Source: a virus (taxonomy: Duplodnaviria > Caudoviricetes). Taken from it: a DNA stretch of 64,000 nt. The notes below the pieces were generated by a model. It did not search any database and had not been told where the DNA came from. It saw only the letters and a list, made by a program, of their open reading frames with translations. Positions within the stretch are counted from its first letter, which is position 1; the number at the start of each line of letters is the position of its first letter. The stretch lies in the IMG/VR virus record IMGVR_UViG_3300025073_000032, positions 1 through 64,000 of that record; one strand, 5' to 3'. Below, piece after piece: positions 9,583-17,400 of the stretch. Position numbers and translations under genes: made by a program.

Positions 9583-10386
9583 TTATTCTGCTTTCTGTTG
9601 TAGATAACCAAGTGTATCGAGCTTTGATAATATTTCTTTTGCTTGATTCTTATCATACCCTCGTTTAGTGATTACGTCTATTGCTTCTTGATAATTAAGC
9701 ATAGACTTCTCAGAATGTTTATTACACTTCTTGCATTTACTGCCTTCTTTTTGGCATTTACATTCACCGTCAATGCTCTGTTTTCTCAATGCAGCACCAC
9801 CTTCCATATCAGTAGATTGCTCATACCCTGTCTCCAAAGCTTTGATGCATTCCTTGTTACAGTGTAAACAAGTTTGAGAGCTTATATTGGAACACATACT
9901 CTTCATCAGTACTTCCATTGTACATTCAGAGTTAACTGGGCAATGTGTGATAGCTACGTTTGTCACATTGCATTTGACTACTCTATTAGAACTTTTCAAA
10001 TCACGTTTGACTTGATTCCCTTCTACAGAGAATCCAAGCTTGCGGTTGGACTTCTGGAGCGCGTTGGCAAGTTCCCATATCTCGTCGGACTTCCGATAGC
10101 CTTTCAGCAAATACCCTTCGACATACCAGCCTTTACCTTCGTGATACTCTACTTTTGTGGGATAGCCAAGAACACCGGCAGTAGTACGATCATGATTATC
10201 ATTGAACCAACCTGACTTTAGGAAGTCAGTAAAATCCAGACCCTTCTGAACAAGAATTTCACCCTGCTTGTCAAGAGCCTCAGTAGAAGCATAGCCACAT
10301 ATTCTACGTGACTGTTCACCCTCTTCTGCCTTTTCAATACAGTCAAATTCAAAGAATAACTGGAAGTCTGATTTGTGTCTCATCAC
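9583..10386 (-). CDS. Prohead maturation protease (HK97/assemblin-like)
   Basis: GYASTEALDKQGE, FNDNH (His), LGFSVEG (Ser), VAITHCPVN motifs. Confidence 0.9.
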   Translation of the reverse strand: MMRHKSDFQLFFEFDCIEKAEEGEQSRRICGYASTEALDKQGEILVQKGLDFTDFLKSGWFNDNHDRTTAGVLGYPTKVEYHEGKGWYVEGYLLKGYRKSDEIWELANALQKSNRKLGFSVEGNQVKRDLKSSNRVVKCNVTNVAITHCPVNSECTMEVLMKSMCSNISSQTCLHCNKECIKALETGYEQSTDMEGGAALRKQSIDGECKCQKEGSKCKKCNKHSEKSMLNYQEAIDVITKRGYDKNQAKEILSKLDTLGYLQQKAE

Positions 10387-10685
10387 TTACCCTCTTGATT
10401 AAGCCCGAAATGAGTACCTATATTATGTAATAGCTTTCTTAAGCGTTCTTTTATAGTGCTTTCAGAAGCTATTGAGCTTATAGCCATCATATTTAGAGTA
10501 TGAATGTGTCTTATTACATCTTTTTCTAGCTCATTCATATCATCTTCATAGCTACGTTTTCTACTGTCATGTACCTGTTCCAGCTTACCATTTCTTACTC
10601 TTTGGTAGTCTGATTTATCCAATTCAATATCAGAGAACCCTTTACTTATCACGTTATCTGAATAATCATCCAAAGAAACTGACAT
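10383..10685 (-). CDS. Small protein carrying tag A (putative internal head protein)
   Basis: LDKSDYQRVRNGKLEQVHDSRKR; its stop overlaps the protease start. Confidence 0.65.
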   Translation of the reverse strand: MSVSLDDYSDNVISKGFSDIELDKSDYQRVRNGKLEQVHDSRKRSYEDDMNELEKDVIRHIHTLNMMAISSIASESTIKERLRKLLHNIGTHFGLNQEGK

Positions 10686-10856
10686 ACTATTTTACCCCTC
10701 TCTTTACTTTATAATGTATACTCACTGTTTGTCATTTTCTTTTTTCATTGTCTGTGTTTCGATAGTCTCAAGCAACTTATCTCCAACAGCATTTAGCTGC
10801 TTATAATATAACAGAATACTGTTTAATACCTGTTCAGCCTGTTCTTTCATCATAGC

Positions 10857-11906
10857 TTAACTCTCCTTAGCAATCAGCATTAGTGCCATCTGTTTAATAT
10901 GCTCAGGAACATTCTCCCACGTACCATAAGCTTCAATCAGTTCTTTATACTTCTTCTCAGCAAGCTTCCTCTGATAAGGATTCAACTTGCCAGTATCTTT
11001 TTTTGGTTTAGCTACATTTATCTTGCTCACATCTACATCTTTTGTATCTTTCATTGTGGCTTTAGGATTGACAGTCATCTTTTTCTCAGATCGTTTAGGA
11101 GCAGGAGCTGGTGTACCTTCTAAAGCAACTTTCTGAGGCTCTGTAAGAGTGAGCTTAGGAGGGCGCAAGACAGGAGCATCGGGGGCATGCTGTTGATACG
11201 AGTCGTACAACTCGTCCAGACCACCCCTATTCTCTTTGATCCTATAATCTTTTTCCTCTGGCTGAGGAGCTATCCTACCTTTGCCAAGCTTTTGCCAGAG
11301 TACTCTGAGCGTAATCAGCCCACTTTTAATAGAATATCGCAAAGAAGCTCCTACTTCCTTAACTGTATTTGTCCAGTTCATAGGCACTAGGTCTTGTATT
11401 ACACCTAGTTTTTTAATAGCAGTTTCCTTGCCTGTTTCATCGACCTCTTTAAGCTCCAGGCCCAATTTGTGATACTGATAAGACACATCCTGATAGGTTT
11501 TTGAGATATCACCCATGTCAAGCTTGCCTTTCTCATTTAACATCTGCTTGATACCAGCCATAAACGTAGTCATATTGGTTTCTCTGGCAGTAACCCAATC
11601 AGAAACCTTTGCTAGTTTATTAGCAACCTTCACAGAAGTTTCACCGTTCTTTATCATCTCATTGTATATCTCAGCAGCAAGAGTTTGATTGTACTCCTCA
11701 AGCTGAGACACCATATCCATCATAGTCTTCTGAGTACTAACAGTCTGCATAAGGAATTCAACCGCAGGAGTAGTAGCCTTGAAGCTTTGAATATCTCTAG
11801 GCTTGCACCAATAAGTGCGCTGAAAAGTCTTACCTCCTTGAGTGACAGTCTTCTGCACTGGAATAAGACCTACTCTTCCTGCTTTCTCTATAGTGAACTC
11901 CATCAT
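10857..11906 (-). CDS. Putative internal head protein with N-terminal tag B
   Basis: FTIEKAGRVGLIPVQKTVTQGGKTFQRTYWCKP followed by a helical body of unknown fold. Confidence 0.6.
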   Translation of the reverse strand: MMEFTIEKAGRVGLIPVQKTVTQGGKTFQRTYWCKPRDIQSFKATTPAVEFLMQTVSTQKTMMDMVSQLEEYNQTLAAEIYNEMIKNGETSVKVANKLAKVSDWVTARETNMTTFMAGIKQMLNEKGKLDMGDISKTYQDVSYQYHKLGLELKEVDETGKETAIKKLGVIQDLVPMNWTNTVKEVGASLRYSIKSGLITLRVLWQKLGKGRIAPQPEEKDYRIKENRGGLDELYDSYQQHAPDAPVLRPPKLTLTEPQKVALEGTPAPAPKRSEKKMTVNPKATMKDTKDVDVSKINVAKPKKDTGKLNPYQRKLAEKKYKELIEAYGTWENVPEHIKQMALMLIAKES

Positions 11907-12913
11907 TTTCCCCTTTTCACTATCAATTCTCGTGGCTTTACACTTATATCATGTACCAATGATGTATGAATATCTTTAGTAGAGTAATCAAAAAAGTTAC
12001 GTTTACTTAACTTTATATGAGCTTCAAGTGTAGATATCATTTCAGTATATATTTCAGATTTCCTACGTGATATATCAATCAGACCTTGCACTGTAATAGG
12101 AGATAATGTTTTTTCTTTGTGAGACAACTCAGCTAGCTCCAAATCCCATATCTGTAGTCTAGTATCGATATCAAGCTCAGGAGGAGATTGTTTTTCTTTT
12201 CTAACTCTTGAATCATGTACATACTCGTACCTATTATTTCGGTACCTCATGTAGTCAGATTTCTCAAACACTGATATGGTATAAGACTTTTTGAGAGGAG
12301 ATGTATGATCGAAATCCAAGTCAAGTGCAAACTTGTAAGGAGAAGCTCCTACAGCCTCTACTTCTGTATACCCACTGACAGCATCTATCGGTACTTCATC
12401 AAATCCACTTCCTGTATGTTCCATGCCTTTGTTTGGCCCAGTGGTATAAATATACTCATTCTTACCTCTATCAACGAAAATGATACTATCTTGATTGAAC
12501 TTAATACCAAGCTTGATTAGATAACTCCTATCAGCTTTTGGAAGAGCCACTATGTAAGATCGCTCTTCACTACCTTCCCATACACCTTTAGCTGAAATGT
12601 ACTCTCTACCATCTTTCTTCAATTGATATTCAAGAGCTTTATCACGTTCAGCTATCTGTGCATCAGTAAGCTGCATGTCTTCTTCACTGTTAGTATTCCT
12701 ACCAGCAGAGATAATTCCGACTGTACCTCTCGTAAAGGCAGTGCGAACGTCTTCTTTAGTAATACGCACCTCTCTACCTGGATTATCTATAGAATGCTTT
12801 ATACGTTTATCATGTACATGCTCAAGCTTTCCGTTCTTCATTCTGGTGTAGTAGGACTTATCTATTGTCAGTACAATTTTCTCAGTCATCTGAGTTTGTC
12901 TCCTTAACTCCAC
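11903..12913 (-). CDS. Two-module tagged protein: SAM-lyase/DUF3293-like domain plus helical module
   Basis: Two tag-A copies; first module GIISAGR...GVWEGSEERSYIV...LGIKFNQDSIIF matches the pattern of T3-type SAM lyases. True start probably MTEKIV (~12889). Confidence 0.6.
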   Translation of the reverse strand: MELRRQTQMTEKIVLTIDKSYYTRMKNGKLEHVHDKRIKHSIDNPGREVRITKEDVRTAFTRGTVGIISAGRNTNSEEDMQLTDAQIAERDKALEYQLKKDGREYISAKGVWEGSEERSYIVALPKADRSYLIKLGIKFNQDSIIFVDRGKNEYIYTTGPNKGMEHTGSGFDEVPIDAVSGYTEVEAVGASPYKFALDLDFDHTSPLKKSYTISVFEKSDYMRYRNNRYEYVHDSRVRKEKQSPPELDIDTRLQIWDLELAELSHKEKTLSPITVQGLIDISRRKSEIYTEMISTLEAHIKLSKRNFFDYSTKDIHTSLVHDISVKPRELIVKRGK

Positions 12914-14420
12914 GTTTCACACTACCACCAGTCTCATTCCCACTGCTATCACTACCGAAGCCACCACCTAAACCACTATTCATCAGCTCTTTCTGCATTT
13001 CTTGAGCTGCTACTTGATTGCGATGTGCTACATACTGAGGGTTAAGAACCATATCACCGCCTTTATCCGGCCCCAACGGTTCCAACCCTGCTTCAGCTCT
13101 TACCTCATCAAGCTGTTTGTAGGCTTCTACCTCTAGCTTACGAATTTCAGCCATCTCTTTTTCTTCTTTTTCATCAAGACCAGTAAAGATGAGCATGTAA
13201 TCCAATGTATAAGGTTCTATTAGATATTCAGTCAACTGACTCGCCAAATAAGTAAGCAGAGGACGCAAGCCTTTGTCTTTACTGTATTTAAGCCTGCTCT
13301 CAGGATTAGCTTCTTGAAGGGAACTACCTGAGCCTGATGATTTAGTCTCAAAATTGATTTCTTCAGGAGAGATTTGGTATACAGCACAAGCGAGTTTTAT
13401 TAGATATTCAACCCACTTAACAAACTCCATATCTCTGTTAGTGGGTTTCAGATTTAACCACTCAGCTTTATCAGCATTGAGTATTGGAGTCTTCCAGGCA
13501 TTAGCTACCCCAGCAGCTTGTGCTTGAAATTGTACCCTAAAAGCTTCCATCATATCAGGTGGAATCGCACCATCTTTGGTTACAAGGTTCAGAATGCCTT
13601 GCACTCCAAGTCCTTGAGAAAAGAACTTTGTATTATAAGTATCAGAATAGAACAAAGCAGTAACAACTGAAATAAGCTGTTCAAGTTCTGAAAACCCATA
13701 ACCATACTGATTAATATCACTCACAGGGTTATTGACACAGAAAGCCAGTTCAGCCCATGTGTACTCATTTACTACCTGTCCTTGCACTACCTGACAGTAA
13801 CCTATGCCCTCGTTCATACTCTCTTCAGAAGCAAGCCGAATAGTAGCAGCATCAACAGCAAATACTTCTGCTGGCTCTTTGGCTCTATTCAGTACTCGCT
13901 CAAAACACATCTGATCGAAAACTAAGCGGTCCCTGGCAATTTTCCTCAGAAAATCAGTGAACTTATCGCGTTTCCTACCAGTACGAAATCTATCTGTGTA
14001 CCCACAATAGGAAATAAAATCTTCAAGCTCACTAGCATATTTCTTTTCTGCTTCGGTCATCTCCTTATTATGCTTGCGTTTATGCACTACTTTAAATCCA
14101 ATGGGTTTATTAGAAGCAAACTCCATAATATCAGACTGTTCAGCGAAAGAACAAATCTGGCTTAAACGAGTGTTTATAATAGCAGCAATGATTGGATTTT
14201 TTCGGGATACTTTTCTCAGAGTGTTGTAAGTAATAGCAGAAGGATTCTCTTTAAACCCCATAGCAGCTTGAGCATTCAGTATATCCAGCAACCATGACTT
14301 CTGATCTGTACGTACATTATCACCAAGTGCTTTTTTAATATAATCATCAGCTTTATTCTCAGCTACTACCTCAATCCTCTTACCGAAAACTTTACTGACA
14401 GTGTAATCCCAAAAATTCAT
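12882..14420 (-). CDS. Portal protein
   Basis: 512 aa; AIINTR, RDRLVFDQMCFE, VDAATIR, GYGFSELE, FFSQG, DMEF...CAVYQISPEEINF, SKDKGLRPLL motifs of SPO1/Twort-like portals. Confidence 0.92.
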   Translation of the reverse strand: MNFWDYTVSKVFGKRIEVVAENKADDYIKKALGDNVRTDQKSWLLDILNAQAAMGFKENPSAITYNTLRKVSRKNPIIAAIINTRLSQICSFAEQSDIMEFASNKPIGFKVVHKRKHNKEMTEAEKKYASELEDFISYCGYTDRFRTGRKRDKFTDFLRKIARDRLVFDQMCFERVLNRAKEPAEVFAVDAATIRLASEESMNEGIGYCQVVQGQVVNEYTWAELAFCVNNPVSDINQYGYGFSELEQLISVVTALFYSDTYNTKFFSQGLGVQGILNLVTKDGAIPPDMMEAFRVQFQAQAAGVANAWKTPILNADKAEWLNLKPTNRDMEFVKWVEYLIKLACAVYQISPEEINFETKSSGSGSSLQEANPESRLKYSKDKGLRPLLTYLASQLTEYLIEPYTLDYMLIFTGLDEKEEKEMAEIRKLEVEAYKQLDEVRAEAGLEPLGPDKGGDMVLNPQYVAHRNQVAAQEMQKELMNSGLGGGFGSDSSGNETGGSVKRGVKETNSDD

Positions 14421-14453
14421 TGTGATCCCTCACATAGTTGTTGTACTTATCTA

Positions 14454-14482
14454 ATGGTACATGTAGTATAGACTTTTGTAAA
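14454..14482 (-). promoter_or_regulatory. Putative sigma70-type promoter for portal
   Basis: TTTACA-17-TACCAT upstream of the portal RBS. Confidence 0.45.
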
Positions 14483-17400
14483 TCAGGACCATATTATATC
14501 CCAGTTATCGGCAAGTATCTTGTACAACATATGAGCTTGCTTTGCTGACAGAGTAAGCTTCTCAGACAAAGAATTAACGTTTATATCCTTTTTACCTACA
14601 TAATGAATAAGACTCTGAATATCTTCTATATCGTAGTCTTCTATGTCTATATCAACCATTTTTGTATTATCATGAATAAGTGTTTCAGCAAGTTCCACAT
14701 GTTTTGCTACTTCATTGATATCATATGCATTCTCTACTAACATTGACTCTATAGCAGATTTACCCCAGTACCCTATAAGAGCGTCTACTAACACTTCTGC
14801 ACCCTCAAAACTAATAGAGTGTTCAAGTCCAGAATCTTCTGTATATCTTAATACTTTCTTTAGTCTATAAGCATCTACACCGCCAGCTCTTTGCACTAAA
14901 TCAAGCATTACTTTAGAATCCTCCTCGTAAGATGATCCCTCGTGAAAAAACATGCTCTTGGCGTTTATAACTTGTAAAGCTATATCAAATGCTGCTTTAA
15001 TAGAGAATTTTGTTTCTTTTTTATTTTCATCTGGCGGAATCCTATCAGCTATTACAACAAATTCTTTTTCTGTATCGTAAAGACTACCTACTTCTTTGTG
15101 CCTCCAGTTTTTACTCCCCCACCAACAGTAAATAGCTGATTTAGGTATATTTTTCTGGATAACAGCTCCTCCATCAAACTCTTCAGCTACATGTCGCTCT
15201 GTAGTCCAACTCTCTAGTGTAGAAGAAGCTGTATAAGCATCACTAACCCCACGATATAGAGTAATAGAGTCATCAGAGCCGTCTACGCCTTGAGGCATGT
15301 CTGCATATTTTGCTGTTAATTTACCCCACACCGCCCAAGTATCTTTTATATCTTCAATTTGCCCTGCTAAAACAGACATTGCAACATCAGTTACCTTGTT
15401 AACTTTTAGTTCTATAATAGAATCAAAAACAATATCTGCACTAGAGTAGCTATCAATCTTAGAAACATCAGTAACATGCCTAAACAAATAAGAATTTTCA
15501 TCCAAGCCTGACTCTGCAATTGATTCAAGCAAAGATGACTTCAAAAAACCTATTTTACTTCTAAACTTAACCATAGCTATATCATAATCAGCTTTAGCTT
15601 GTTTAATTTGAGCTTCAGCCTTTGCTTTTGTATCACTTAAACCTGTAATTTCCTCCTGTGTAGTGTCATACACACTCTTTATATAATCTTTAATAACACT
15701 TTCAAGTTTTGTACCTTGCAGCCACTCAACAGTATCATCGAATTGAACTCTATTACATTGCTGAGTAAAGTATGATGGCCTTTTTGTATTAGTAAACTCA
15801 GAAACATACTGCTGTAGAAGCTGAGCACCTACAGAACGTGAGCTGCTCTTCCAACTTTCTGTAAGTTGTGATATTACAGTACTAGACTTAACTACATCAT
15901 CAGTCACCATAAGGCTACCACTTTTCTGAGACACAGACAACTCAGATATTGACTTGATAACATTGGAAGTTTTTGAGTCATTTAACTCAAGAAAGTAATC
16001 AATTAAATATCTTCGTATACCAGAATAGTTACTGGCATCCCAATAACTCATCGAATACAGAGCATATAAAGCATCTTTGTTATTGTCATATAAATTTGAA
16101 ATTGAAACATCTAGCTGATTCTTGAGTAAGTCTAGCCTAGAGCTTTGTTCTTCAGTGAACTTAACGTTTGTATTTAATATACTTTTAAGCTTACTGACTT
16201 CTTGAGCTTTGCTTTCCAATTGGGAATAAAGTGTTTGTATGTCTCTATAGTTAGTGTAAGATTCGTATGTGTCATTTTTAGCGAAAGGTTCAGTCTCTAT
16301 CACAAAGCTATCACTTACCTTTTTGGCTTTAAACTCCTGAGTAATAAAATTATTAAACTTTGTATAATGCTGAAACACTGATACATCATCCAAAGTCTGT
16401 AAAGATGGAGTTTCTAATACAACCCTCTTGATGCCTTGTCTGTAAAGCCAAGATAAAGCTTCCGCAAACATAGCTTTATTTAATATAATTTCATCTGAGT
16501 CTAATATTCGCATAGGGTTACGTATTTTAGCTTCGTTCTCACCATTTTTAGGCAAAGTTACAGCAAGCAATTTAGAATATTTTTTGTCATAACCAAATGT
16601 AAAGTTTATAACGTTACCATTATCAACTGCTCCCCAAGGTTCAGCAGATACTTCCATCTTTGCTTCTCCAAATGAAGAAACAGTAAAAGTCTCAACTAAC
16701 TGTTGTATTTTGTTCCACAGGTTAATGGTAGGAGCATCTACTTCTTTAGCCTGTTCATGTTTAATAGATTCTTTCTTCACAGACTGAAGTACTGACTTGG
16801 AATCCTTGTTTGGATCGACCCAGTACTTCTGAGGAAAAGTTTTACCCTTTTTATGAACTATCTTCACCATAGGAATCAACGATGGCTTAGGATCGGGAGT
16901 GGATGCAACCGTTCCCATGCTCTTCACCACTCGCAAATTACTTGTAGGCTTATTTGCAGACAAAATCACAAGTCTTCTGGAATCTCCGCAAGCTGTTCTG
17001 GCCCCAAGTCCTCCAGGGTGACATTTGGCCCATAGCACACTTTTACGTAATTTTCCTTTGTCAGAGGGATTTTTAGGCCCACCATCAAGCTTGTGATCGG
17101 ATCGCCAGAGTTTTGCAACTTCTGATCTTGCTTCATCAATTGTTTTTCGTCCTTTGGTGTATTCGTTCCAGACATTGAATATCTCCTTAGATTCATTGCG
17201 CTTTTTGAATTCTTTCGGGAACACTTCTCTAATATATTCCCATACAACTGACTGAAGCTCCCTTGGCAGTAGACCTAAGCGCCCAGCTGCTTTACGGTAA
17301 GCATCAGCTACTACATAGTAAGTGCCTTGTACGCCCTTACCTGTTCCTGGCTTATTGATCCCTCTAGTAACATCAGCTGAACCAAAGTTATGAAGCACTT

